A stretch of DNA of 64,000 bases, taken from positions 186,001 to 250,000 of the forward strand of contig JAQGDQ010000308.1 in the NCBI GenBank assembly GCA_030141605.1, read 5' to 3'. Made by a program: the position numbers and the translations under genes. Below are positions 25,151 to 50,400 of the stretch, one piece after another. The notes under the pieces are model-generated. The model was not told the DNA's origin. It was given only the letters and a program-made list of their open reading frames with translations, and searched no databases. Within the stretch, counting starts at the first letter, position 1. The number at the start of each line of letters is the position of its first letter. This stretch comes from Tubiluchus corallicola (Eukaryota > Animalia > Priapulida).

Positions 25151-25417
25151 AATTCAAAAATAATAATCAATATGCAAGTTAATATTGGAGGAATTAGTTT
25201 ATTTTTAGAACGAATCAAATTTTATTTAGTTTTGGACGCATTTAAAGATAGTTTATTAGGTTTAAAGATAGCCTTAAACCAATTGGAGATATCACCTAAC
25301 CTGTTGTTCATACTATTTAGGTTGAAATTTATGAAGCAAAAAAAACAGAATGCTATCATCTGCAAACTGAACTATAGCAGGGCTACTGAATGTGCTTTTT
25401 ATGCATTAATACATGTT

Positions 25418-25455
<38 letters not shown>

Positions 25456-25512
25456 TATTAGTTTATTTACATATATACAGTATATATATATTTACAGTAT
25501 ATATATATATAC
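25418..25512. repeat. (TA)n microsatellite cluster
   Basis: Seen directly. Confidence 0.9.
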
Positions 25513-25514
25513 TC

Positions 25515-25800
25515 GTATTTTCATCACAAGCACTGTCAAAATTATAATCAAATAATTTCAATGAAAATTTGTTATTATCTATTATTGAACCTACATTGGA
25601 AAACCTTGTTATAATTCTGAATTCATCATCATTGATATTATTAAAAGGAAAAATATTTTGCACACATCCTTGCCAAAACCTGGTATCATCACATGATGCT
25701 AGTGCTTCGTAATCAGCAAGCATAAAATTTTTACACCTAAAGTGGGTCTAGAGGCCACAACGATCATGTGCCACGCTGGTTGCTACGAACCAATCTGGAA
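25515..25800 (-). mobile_element. LINE N-terminal PHD-finger-like fragment (CR1/L2 group)
   Basis: H-x-x-C...YEALASCDDTRFWQGCVQNIFPFNNINDDEF resembles the degenerate PHD plus IFPF..I.D.EF motif of invertebrate CR1/L2 ORFs. Confidence 0.5.
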
Positions 25801-25989
25801 CAAGTACTGCATGGAAATCTAGTCATGATGTAATGGAAATGAAGTGAAAAAGGGAAAGAGATGTAAAAGTAAAAGAGCATATTCAAAAGTGAAAAAAGTG
25901 TACAGGAAATGGTTGCGAAACGGCTTTATACAATGAGGTACAGATCAACATGAGTGTGATTAACAGACAAAATAATTATCTATTTTCCG

Positions 25990-27120
25990 AAGGAAACTTC
26001 AAGAAGCTGATTGTATTTTAGACCTGTCAAAGGCTTTTGTCACTGCTCAATGTCACATACTTTTATTTAAATTAGGAAATTATGGCATTAGAGGTCAAGC
26101 CCTGTAGGTACTCAAGTCCTATGTTTAAGTAATCGACAACAGTTCTCCCTAATCCAATAAACAAGGTCTGATCTATCTAAAATTAACTGTGCTGTGCCCC
26201 AAGGTTCAATCCTTGTTCCTCTTCTGTTCCTTACTTATATAAACGACTTACCTCTTTCATCCAATTTAAACACCTGCCTCCTTGCAGATAACACAAGTTT
26301 TTTTCTATATGACAGCAATATACCCTAAAACCGTGCCAATATCGAATTAGGAAAAATTGACACTTGGATGATGGCACACAAACTATCTGTAAACTTCAGT
26401 AAAACTAAATTTATATCTGGCTGGTAAAAAATATATCACTTGTAGATAGAAATGCATTAGACATAAAGATAGGTAATCATAATTTAGCACAAGCAAATTG
26501 CATCACCTACTTTGGTCTTGAAATTGATAATGATATGACGTGGCGATCACCCATTAACTCCACAACAACAAAGTTGAACAAAACTGCTGGCATATTTGCT
26601 GCATTGTGCTACTGTATTAATACACCCATCCTTAGAATGACTTACTATGCCCTAATATATTCCTACTTGCAGTACTGTGTGTTGTCATGGGGTAATGCTA
26701 AGCACTACATCTTGCAGCCATTGATTGTTGTTCAAAATAGAATAGCTAAACTGATTACATTTAGTAAGTAACATCACATCACACTGCCACACCGTCGTAC
26801 TTTCAGCTGAAACTTTTAAGCTGCGAGATAATTATTATTTAAAATTATTTAAATTCACATTCAAATTTAACAATGAAGTGCTGGCTAATCTTTATAGAAA
26901 CTTGCGTTAAAATATATAATATCCTCTCTTATTACACAATGTCGTAAAAGAAGGACATTTGTTGCAGCCACCCTTTAAAGCATGGCCTCAACATTTGTAA
27001 CATAACAAGGTCGAGTTGTGGAACAACATCCCTAGTCATACCAGTTAATCAGCCCTTCAAACCGCATAAAAATATACAATTTCAACCTAATAGCAAAATA
27101 TGTGGCCTTGTAAAAATTGC
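25990..27120 (+). mobile_element. Degraded CR1/L2-group LINE reverse transcriptase
   Basis: LDLSKAF, KLGNYGIRG, AVPQGSILVPLLFLTYINDL, LLADNT, YYALIYSYLQYCVLSWG. Stops and frameshifts present. Confidence 0.85.
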
Positions 27121-27448
27121 CTAAAGAGTACATGTGATTCATTTTGTGTGATCTTTTTGCCAGTTTTCTTTCTGCTTTTCTTCACTTACATCTTTTACAG
27201 TATCTTATTTTACAATTACAATTATTATACTTTCTTGTGCCTTTTTAAAAAACATTGAGTGCTTTTTTCTCATCATGTGCTTCAGCTTTGTTACTTCTGT
27301 ACTTAACCCTCATATTCTGGAAGCATACTTTCTCAAATTCACTCAAGCTAAAGAACTGCAAAAGAAACAACATGAGTTATGAATTATATTAGTAGAAACT
27401 AAATGCAGAATCAAATGCTAAAATAACGTAACATTATATTATAATGAG

Positions 27449-27656
27449 CGCCAGTATACATGCGTGTTGTTAGTTTTATCAACTTTACTACTTTTGCAAA
27501 GTTGCTCTTTTGTTTTCAACTTCTTTGTTTTTCCCGGGTTGCGCTCATCTTTCTAGTTACAACCTCGTTGCTTTGCGAGTTATAATAAAGTTGTTAAATT
27601 TATTCTTGTCGTCTTGGTGTTTGAGACAAAGCTCGTACATTCTCTAATTAATGGCG
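27449..27656 (+). repeat. 5' LTR
   Basis: 205/208 identical to 33220-33427. Contains AATAAA near 27584. Confidence 0.95.
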
Positions 27657-27676
27657 TGGTGGCTGCCGGTGGGATT
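27657..27676 (+). other. Primer-binding site, tRNA-Leu-like
   Basis: TGGTGGCTGCCGGTGGGATT directly after the LTR, close to the complement of the tRNA-Leu 3' end (TGGTGGCAGCGGTGGGATT). Confidence 0.65.
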
Positions 27677-27864
27677 ACGAACTACGTACTCAGAAAAGCC
27701 AGTGGACCTTATAATTGGTTTGTCGAGAGTGTACATGCATCTGTCTAAATCTAACCAAAACCAGTCAGCTTATTCCATAGCTGTAAAGGCGTAAGCATTC
27801 AAATTTATCAGCGCAATTTTCGAAAGAACTAGTATTAATAAACACCCTCAATTTGTGTTAGAAT

Positions 27865-30800
27865 ATGGCCACTACTCGTGCTCCAAAACAGTGGTGTCTG
27901 ACAAAACAAGAGACAATTACATCATTTGAAGCATGGCGCCAAAATTTGCAATACACTCTATCGCTAGATCAGAATTTTGCAGAATTTTTAGTTGAAGGTG
28001 CGACCTGGCATAAGAAAACAAATGCAGCACCTTTACGAGGTCTGCAAGATGATGATGAAAATGTTCCCATTGCAAACCGCCGAACCGCCGCACAAAAGAC
28101 CACTCATCTGGACTTAATGCTGGGACAGATTGCCAACTATTGTCCGATTATTTCCAGAAATTCCATTGTCAAAAACTCAACATCATTGACTAGTATATGG
28201 CAAACAATTAGACAGCATTTCGGATTCCAAACAACAGGTGGTCATTTTTTGGATTTTAATAATATTCATATGCAGCCAGACGAACGTCCAGAAGATCTTT
28301 TCCAGCGTTTAAATAGTTTCATTGAGGATAACCTCTTACGCGCTGCAGGTGGTATACAGCATCACGGTGAGAATCCAATTAGTGATGAGGAAATTACACC
28401 TACCTTAGAGAACTTAATCATTCTGACTTGGCTTCGACTTTTACATCCTGGGCTACCCAGCTTAGTCAAGCAAAAGTACGGTACAGAGCTAAGATCAAAA
28501 ACACTTGCCTCACTGAAGCCAGAAATTTCATTGGCACTAGATTCTTTGCTAGAGGAACTTCAGGCATCAGCCGATGCTAAAGTGTTACGCACAGCCTTCC
28601 AACAGTTTCCAGATTATTCCAAACGCAAACAGCCGTTGATTCGGAAAAAGCAACCGCGTCGTTCAACAAAAATTTGCCCGTTATGCAAACAAGCGGGTCG
28701 TGCTAAATTTCAACATTTTCTCAGTACGTGCCAGTACCTACCAGAGGAAGATAAGGAATATTTCGCCAGAGCCCGTCAGACCATCAGCTTTGAGGAAGAC
28801 TACAGTCAAGACAGTGCAGATAGTTGTCATAACATTGACACAACAGAGCCTGACGCCGGTGACGATGATGAGTGTGCTTCCCATAATCTCCGTTGTGTGT
28901 CTGCCGCACATTGAGTCAGCACAAAACAATCTCCTCATTTGAAAGTTTTCTACAAACATCATCCAATCTACATAACCCTAGACACGGGTGCTGAAACCAG
29001 CATGATCAAAGAAGCTATTGCCCATCTAATTGGTGTTCCTATTCAGCAAACTACACAGTCCGCTTTGCAAGCTGATGGGGTTACACCATTGGACATCATA
29101 GGTGAAACACGCATAACTGTTACTCGAAATGCTCACAATCTCTGTTTAGAAGCCCTAGTAATGCGTAATTTGGATGTTGATATCTTGGCTGGAACTCCTT
29201 TCCTCATAGCTAACGATATCTCAGTTCGTCCCGCTCAGAAAGAAGTTTGCATAAAAGGCTCAGACACTGCTAAATATGATATTCCCCCTGCCAACACCTC
29301 CAAAAGTAGTATTTGCTATGCCCATGTTCTGCGTGCACCCTCAACTCCTACTATGATTTGGCCTGGCGAGTACTTAGAGTTATGAGTCCCCTCTTCTGTG
29401 GACCCTGACAGCCCTTTAGCCATAGAGCCTCATACCGACTATGCCAAAACCACCTCACTATGGCCTCAACCTGACATAATTGAAGCTGTAGCAGGAAAAA
29501 TCCGCATACCAAATATTTCTTTTGATCCACTTACAATACCCAAACACGCACACATTTGCAAGACCTATTCGGTAACTAGTTCCAAACTTACTACTAATAG
29601 CCAGGATTCCCAAAACCTACCCCAGGCTCAAACCCACCAGTTCGTTATTCAGATGCCGTCACTGTTGACCCAGATAACATCTTAAGCCCGCAATCTCGTG
29701 CCAACTTCAAGAAGCTACTACAAGACTATGATGGCATTTTTAGCCCCAATATCAGTGGATACAATGGTGCTGCTGGCAAATTCGCATCCAAAGTCAATAT
29801 GGGTCCCGTACAGCCCCCACAGCGCAAGGGCAGAGTACCTCAATACTCACGAGATAAACTCATAGAGCTGCAAGCAAAGTTTGATGAGCTTGAAGCACAG
29901 GGTGTAGTCCGTCGCCCTGAAGATGTTAATGTTACTGTCGAATACCTAAACCCCTCATTCTTAGTCAAAAAGCGCAGAGGTGGTCATCGTCTTGTAACAG
30001 CCTTTTCAGATGTTGGCAGATATAGCAAGCCCCAGCTATCTTTAATGCCTGATGCCAACACTATCCTACAAACTATCGCCCGTTGGTGTTACATCATTGT
30101 ATCTGACCTAACTGATGCTTTCTATCAGATTCCATTAGAACATTCTTCTATGAAATATTGTGGGGTAGCTACTCCATTCCGTGGCATCAGAGTGTACACC
30201 AGATGTGCCATGGGCATGCCTGGTTCTGAAACGGCACTAGAAGAATTAATGTGTCGGATCCTCGGTGACTCTCTCCAAGATGGCTTTGTCTCTAAATTAG
30301 CAGATGACCTCTATTGTGGAGGTGATACCCCTGAAGAACTCTTGGACAATTGGCATCGGGTTCTTGATGCTCTTCACAATTGGCATCGGGTTCTTGACGC
30401 TCTTCACAAGTCTAACATCCACTTATCTCCCACAAAGACTATCATCTGTCCAAAGTCAACCACCATACTAGGATGGATCTGGACACAAGGCAACATTGCC
30501 GCTAGCCCTCACCGCATAGTCACCTTATCAACATGTCCTGCACCAGACACAGTCCATGGTCTTCGATCATTTATTGGTGCATATAACGTACTTGGACGTG
30601 TCTTACCTGGCTGTTCCCTTGTGTTAGCCCCTCTACAGGATGCCATCGCTGGACTGCAGTCACGTGACAAGCTGCAGTGACCCGATGAATTACACCACCA
30701 TTTTGCCGCTGCCCAAAAGGCTCTATCTATGCACAAATCCATCATTTTGCCAGTACCTTCAGATCAGCTGTGGATAGTAACTGATGGATCTGTCACTAAA

Positions 30801-32758
30801 AGGGGAATTGGTGCTACTTTGTATGTTACCCGCAATTCCAAATTATTTCTTGCCGGATTCTTCAGTGCCAAGTTACGCAAACACCAGGTTACATCGTTAC
30901 CTTGTGAGGTAGAAGCCTTATGCATTGCTGCTGCTGTCAAACATTTTAGTCCTTTTATTATACAGTCGACTTCTCACCCCTGCGTACTAACGGACAGCAA
31001 ACCATGTGTTCAAGCTATAGAAAAGCTTTGTAGAGGCGAATTTTCCGCCAGTCCTCGTGTCACGTCATTTTTATCCACCGTAAGCCGCTACCAGGTAACT
31101 GTCCGGCACCTCTCAGGAAATGCCAATATTCCTTCGGATTTTGCAAGCAGAAATGCACCTGATTGTAACGAACCACATTGTCAGATCTGCTCATTTATCA
31201 TACAGACCGAAGATTCTGTTGTCCGTTCCGCCTCAGTGCAGGACATCATCAATTGTACTGCTCCATTGCCCTTTACTACCAGATCAGCATGGAGGGACAT
31301 CCAGTCTGGCTGTCCAGATTTGCGTCGCACTCATGCCCACCTTCGGCAAGGAACGCGTCCGTCAAAGAAAGGCACTAACATCAAAGATGTCAAAAGGTAC
31401 CTCAATGCCGCTACAATTGCTAAGGATGGCTTATTGGTTGTGCGTCGTCATGAGCCATTGCACCCTTCCATGGAGCTCATCGTGGTTCCACGTTCTGTTC
31501 TGGAAGGCCTTCTCACAGCTCTTCACATAAAGCTTCGTCACCCTACAAAGCATCAGCTTCAGCTCGTTGCCAGGCGCCACTTCTTTGCTTTAGACATGTC
31601 AAAGTCCATTGATCGAGTTACTGACTCATGCCACATGTGCTCGTCTCTGAAAAAGTTTCCCCAAAGTCTTATTAGCCAGTCATCTGATTCTCCTCCCAAT
31701 GCTGTTGGTCTGTCCTTTGCTGCGGACATTCTTAAAAGTCATCGCCAACTTATCCTAGTAGTGCGAGAAACATCCACTTTTTATACGAATGCATGCATCG
31801 TGCCCGATGAAAGAAGCGACACCCTTCGTGAAGCTCTTGCTTGCCTTTGCTTAGATCTTCACCCTCCAGATGGCCCTCCTGCAGTAGTCAGAGTGGATCC
31901 TGCTCCTGCCTTTCGTGCTCTTTCCAATGACAGCACTCTTCTGCAACTTGGTCTTTCTCTGGAAATTGGACGTATCAAAATCCAAATAAGAACCCAGTTG
32001 CAGAGCGTGCGATCCAGGAATTGGAAGAAGAACTTTTGCGCCACGAACCTGGAGGCGGACCCGTATCCCGTTTAGGTTTGTCTATGGCTCTCGCTCGCCT
32101 AAATTCTCGCATCCGCCATGGCGGTTTGTCCTCCCGGGAGTTACGGACACAGCGCGACCAGTTCTGTCATGATCAGCTACCCATTACTGACAGAGATACT
32201 ATCATATCCCAACACATGCAGCGCCAGGCCAATCACTCACACAGCGAATCCTCTAAATGTCCCAGTAGACGAAATCCTAATCACCCTGTTGTCAATATAG
32301 GAGACTTGGTCTACCTTTACTCAGATCGCGATAAATCCCAGGCACGCAGCAGGTATCTTGTCACTGGTATTGATGGGGAATGGCTCTTTATAAAAAAATT
32401 TACTGGTTTGCAATTGCGTGCCTCATCTTATAAAGTAAAGCACTCTGAATGTTATTTAGTTCCGACCCACACAGACCATGACAAGTATCCTCTGCCTCTG
32501 TTAAAACATAGTTTCTGCGATGATGACGATGACTCCGAGGCCGTGTCTGCCTTTCCAATTCCCCATCAGCCATTGATACCCACCACTCTTTCTTCACCCT
32601 CATCTGACAGCTATACAGACAAGGCATCTGCTGTCCCTCAGCAGTTGTTCCCGACTTGCGACACTTCAACCGAGCAATCTATCCCTCCAGCCACTGATTA
32701 TTCTCATCCAAAACGCAGTCGTCGCCCCCCAAAATATGTTGCTGACTACGTTACCTGA
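27865..32758 (+). pseudogene. Disrupted gag-pol polyprotein of the LTR element
   Basis: Gag 27865-28914 with [19 protein letters not shown] knuckle; protease LDTGAE (~28978); RT with [25 protein letters not shown]; RNase H with VTDGS, CEVEAL, LTDSKP, SDFASR; integrase with LHIKLRHP...[28 protein letters not shown]. Three in-frame TGA stops (28912, 29383, 30678) and two frameshifts (~29600-29640, ~31980). Confidence 0.9.
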
Positions 32759-33219
32759 ATTTTATCCTTTTTCTTCAGCATTTACATATCAAGTTGTAAG
32801 TGTGCCTTTTTGACTTTATAATGTAAGTTACACACAAATTTTGTATTGCATTTTTGAGTAACATAATCTGATAATATTTCCCTAAATCATTGACTTCATG
32901 CTAAGTTCTATTATAGTCGTGCTGTATTTCTTTGGTCATCTGTGTATTACCTCTTTCTATGTGTAATACTGTGACAGCTATCGTTAATGCACTTATATTC
33001 GCATTACTGTATAAGCACATACTGTTTTCATGATAAACAACGTATACTAATGTTGTGCACCGCACATCGTAGATTGCGATAGTTCATAAATTACATCCTA
33101 TATCGTTTGTATTGTAATTCTAGTTACAAGTTTCACCTTTTGTGTCATATTACATGTATACTAAATGTTGTTTGATTTTGTTTCTAGCCATCGGTTAAGA
33201 AAAAGGAAAAGAGAAGCCG

Positions 33220-33427
33220 CGCCAGTATACATGCGTGTTGTTAGTTTGATCAACTTTACTGCTTTTGCAAAGTTGCTCTTTTGTTTTCAACTTCTTTGTT
33301 TTTCCCGGGTTGCGCTCATCTTTCTAGTTACAACCTCGTTGCTTTGCGAGTTATAATAAAGTTGTTAAATTTATTCTTGTCGTCTTGGTGTTTGAGACAA
33401 AGCTGGTACATTCTCTAATTAATGGCG
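33220..33427 (+). repeat. 3' LTR, preceded by polypurine tract AAGAAAAAGGAAAAGAGAAG
   Basis: Direct repeat of the 5' LTR. Confidence 0.95.
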
Positions 33428-33964
33428 GAGAACTAAAATTTGTTTATAGGAAATAGTTAATCGCTTACATGTATTTACAAAAGACTTATTGGTACACATT
33501 TAGCTGTGCATTTCATATCTTGTTTCAACCCCAGTACTTATCTATGTCCGGGATTCACTTAATGTTACTGTAGTCTGTTGAAGATAATCTCAAATATACA
33601 AGATATGTATGTTCATAGTTTTAGTAAATGAGCTATTTAGTTATCATAATGGATGCTTTAAATTAATTCGCTGTTTTTCTTCCCTTGCCCGTGTACTTTG
33701 TTAGAATTTATTCTTTATTAGCAATAATAATCTTTAATAGGAAATCTCTTGTTTCAATGAGACTTTTACAAATTTGTATCTTTTACTAATTTAAAAGAGT
33801 TAATAATGCCTTCTTTCACATAGTTATCCAACCACAGCAAATTCATTAATCTTTAAAATAAGGGCAATGTGAAAAGTACCCCAAGGTAGTACGTTGCCCT
33901 AGCATTTGGCTTGTTTTCATTTCTTCTTGTATGTAATTACTGTATTCAACCATGTGTGTGAAAT

Positions 33965-34830
33965 AAATGATTTATTTATCTATCTATTTGTAGAGTACTT
34001 ACTTCTATTATTATTGTAGTCTAAACTTGTTTTTTCAGCACATTTTTCAGCACCGCCCGATAGTATAGGGTATCCCGTGCAGTCTGCACACCCCACCCCA
34101 CATGGACACCTTTATAAGATGCAAAGTCTATTTTTCAGTAACGCTGATCTTTTGGTTGCCTTTTCCCACTTTAATGTCTTTATTTGTCTTTATCCTGTAT
34201 TCCATGCATTCGTTCACTAGATTTCTGACTTCTAACAATCATTCTTCTTCACTGTTCATTAATATATCCGAGTTCTTCATTTTTTTCCATTCTCCATATC
34301 TGCCACATCTAAGCAAATGTTCAGTAGTATCATCGTCTTCCCGACATACTGGACATAATAACTGCTCCTCAAACTCATTCTTATAGTTTCCTTAACTTTT
34401 ATCATATTCAGCCTTACTTTCAGTATATCTTTAACCTCTTCCGGTTTGCATGTGCACTTGTGCACGTTTCCACTCAGTATGTTGTAAAATCTTAATTTAG
34501 TGCTGCTCCTGCATTTTTCTGCACATTCATTGTTTATAAAACATTTAATCTTACTCTTTATTTCATTTTTCCTTTCAGACCTTCACCATTTCCTTACCAG
34601 CATCTATGGTATATTTTTCTGCAGCCTCAACTACTTCACTATATCACCACCTATCATGTGCATTGTTTATTTGCATTTCCAGCACCTCTGATGCTAATCT
34701 CTTTTGTTTACTAATCAGTAAAATCCGATAGAACAGCAATCTCCTATAATTCACTTTATGTTTTAGTGGCCATGTGCCTATTAATGAGATTGCCAGAAAC
34801 AACACCAGTAAGATTAGCATTAAACAAGTC
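33965..34830 (-). mobile_element. 3' end of a non-LTR retrotransposon with a C-terminal CCHC finger
   Basis: Minus strand reads EVKDILKVRLNMIKVKE / NYKNEFEEQLLCPVCREDDDTTEHLLRC (C-x2-C-x8-H-x3-C). It ends in a short (TAGA)/(TAAA) tail near 33970. Confidence 0.6.
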
Positions 34831-35094
34831 ACTAAAGCTTACTAAACGACCTCAAGGCAAACCAAAATAGCTTGGATATCAAGAATTAATAAAGATTTAT
34901 AACAGTTGAGCTTGAGACCAAACTTAATAATAGCATCCCGGGAGGTGAAAATTTAGCTACAGACAAGAAACAGTGGGACGCTCCAAATAGAGGCTCAAAG
35001 TTTACAACAGATGTTTAGAAGAACAGAAGAAGAAGAAGAAGACGACCGCTTCGTATTGATCTACAGAAAAGAACGTAGTCCGTCAGTACACAAC

Positions 35095-47420
<12,326 letters not shown>

Positions 47421-50400
47421 TTGCAATATTGAGATAAACTCTGATGGGCTTGGTTTTGGTTTTTAGAGCATGAATGTTATATGTCCTGTATAAATATTGC
47501 TGTCTAGTCAGATGGAAACTTCTCAAGTACTGTTGTGTTTGCAATTATGGTTTATTATTTAAACATTCTTGAATACATTTTTGTGTGAAGAAGCTTTTTT
47601 TATTTTCAACTATGATTCCGTCCAAAATTTATTTTAAAGTGTAATTATTGTGGTCAACAGATACAACGACTTTTATGTTTTTTGCTCAAGAAAAAGTATC
47701 ATATTTTTGAAGAGCAGTGTGTTCGAGTGCGTGTATGTGCGAGTGTGTGCACCTATAACGAGATAATGCTGTCACTCTAAACAATACGTGGCATTAGCAG
47801 ATCATATGCAATTTTTTTCAACTAGTTCAGAAAAGTTTCGTGTGTTGTTGTAACCCATAAAAAGTGAAAATGTGATATTAAAATCTGTGCTTTGAAGACT
47901 GACTATGAAAGGAGGTTCCTAGTTTTCGCTACCACAGCTATTATTAGAGCAGCACATTTGCTTTTGGCCAATTGTTTCGTATATTCCAGTGAGACAGCTG
48001 CACTCAGTTCATCAACATGTTACTGCAAAATTCCGTATTATGAGTGTTGATAATTAACTATGCATTTATGCAAGATACCAAGTATCTCAGGTTATTTGGT
48101 ACTTTTCCAGTGAAGATTGGGTGAAGAATTCATTTATTTTGATGCAACGTAATTTTTTGCAATTTTCATTTCTTTTTTGCAAATTATTTTGTGAGCTGCA
48201 ACTGTTTCATCTCTGATGATGAAAGCTTTGCAAACATTTCAGGTTAAAGAATTTCACACAGTATACTTTAAATCCACTTTTGGTGTCTGTTATCTTAATT
48301 GTGACGAGATAATGAGGTTGTCAAGTTATCGCAGAAATCGTGGTCGCAGTGAAATTTATTGCATGGTGAAATATTAAAATTTTAATGTTCTTTACCATGG
48401 TTTAGTTTTGTGTAATGAATGGAAAAGGAGACGTGATTTGTTGAATGGTATTTTGTCAGTTGGTTAGATACACTTAAGTGTATGAAACATATTATGCTAT
48501 GGTGTATGCTGTGTATAAATGATTATTACAGAAGAATACGGCAATTATTATTGTTTACAAGACCATTAGCCTTCATATCATCCGTCCTATGATTTGTTGA
48601 TATCGTTTAAATGACATTGTACTTCGTAGTGCATAAATAATGTTATATATAAGATTTTGTTTATATAGAAAATTATATCGTCTGTTAATTGTATACAAAT
48701 ATTTATTATTGTATAGTACACATTAGTTTATCTGTACAGCAAGACAGTGATGAGTGGAGATTATTTTTGCAGTGCAATAATACATACTTTCTGTTGCTTA
48801 GTCACATGTGATACAAGTGTTTAGAGTTCTTTATTAGAATATGAAGCATGTTCTTGATAGTAACTTGTCTATATATTCAAACATGTTTAATATGTCTTGC
48901 AATGTTGAGGCTGTTTTTGTTAAGATAGTAAACTAATCCAGGCTGCTTCTCTTCCTAAGTTGTTTTGATTTTGCTATTCCTAGTTGTCATTTTGTTAAGC
49001 ACATAAAATTATTTTTCTTAGTTGTTTCAATACGTAACTGGCTGTTTTTATACGCAACACTTAACTAGTGTACCAGTTTCAGTGCTGTAATACCCTGAGG
49101 TTTCTAAAATTTATTTTCAAGTAATGAAACCTATTTATTTTGTTGGAAAAACATGTGTTGTATTTAATGGAGATGAATCAGTCAAGTAGAATTACTTGCA
49201 TAGAATGCATGAATTACTTTGAATTAATTCTAAATTTAAATTTTTCAAAGTTGCAATATGAAATTATTGAGAATAAGGTAAGTGGTAAATGACAATACCA
49301 AATACATATTCAGTTGTTTTATTGTTGTATTTTGTCAGTCATACAAGGTTAAAACCGTCAAACTCAATAATGCTCAAAACAGTGTGTAATGGCCACCCAT
49401 CACGAGCCAAAGTCCATTCACTGCAGGTCAGGCTTGTAAATTTGGCCAGGGGTCTACCCTAAGTAATGGGACAAAACATAGTTACTATAGTCATATGTAC
49501 TATCCACTCCAGCTTTTATGCATTTTTGTGCTATGTACCCCATACACTAAAGAATGCTATACACACTGTGACTAATGATCATCTATAACTGGATTATTGT
49601 AACAAATGGCAAGTTTTTATAAACAATTTTTGATTAAATAATCATAAAGTTCGAGATTAATAATTAATGACGATATGAGACTCACAGTGGAAATCTGGAT
49701 ACAAGGTTTCTTCACGCTATTTTCTTGTAACAATTTACTTGAATATGGTTGCGAATTTACACACATTGTAATCTGGTTTGTAATTAATTTGAAATCTTTG
49801 CAAAAGTTATCGAGGATTTAAATTTGAAATTTCTTAGCATACTGTATATAAGGTACAAATCCTAAGACAGATTTTTTTTGGTTTTCCATTCTGTTTCACT
49901 AATGAATGATTGATGTACAGGAAGCTTGTGAACATCTATCACAAAGATTTCTCCCTGTACTATATTGTTTTTATGAAGTAACTGCATAATAATTTGTAGT
50001 GAGACCTCAAAAACATAATCTGATTTACTTTGAGGCTTATAATTTACTGTAATTATTGAATCCAAATCTAGTGTCAGTGTCTGAACCACATACAGTTAAA
50101 ATGTAATAAAAAACTACCATGTACCAGTGTTATTTAATTGTTATCTGATTCTAGTTTTTTTTTATTTTAACACACTGTCATAATGATTAATAATTTATCT
50201 CATAATGTATATATTTATATAATTAATTATGGAAAAGTAATTACAAGTAGCAGATAAACCACTTGCATTACTGTTGAAACTACTCATGAGTCTCGTAAGC
50301 AACCATATAGCAATAATACAACAATTAGAACAATATGCTACGTGTATTTAGTTACAATTCATCTATAAATGTACGAGTAAATTCAAAAATTATTGCTCAA

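Larger units (their letters stand above)
27449..33427 (+). mobile_element. Full-length LTR retroelement (Gypsy-like domain order; Troyka-like lineage) with CG...CG LTR termini and 3-bp TSD (GAG)
   Basis: 208-bp LTRs at 27449-27656 and 33220-33427 differ at 3 positions. Termini are CGCCA...TGGCG. GAG flanks both sides. PBS at 27657, PPT at 33197-33216. Internal order gag-PR-RT-RH-IN. Confidence 0.93.

Noticed and set aside
32759-33196. Possible env or extra ORF in the LTR element
   Set aside because: Only about 440 bp, AT-rich, with no substantial ORF.
35011-35094. In-frame upstream ATG extending FoxJ ([12 protein letters not shown]...)
   Set aside because: The extension derives from a (GAA)n tract. 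Family similarity starts at MASELDSS, which has a good context (CAACATGG). Not fully excluded.
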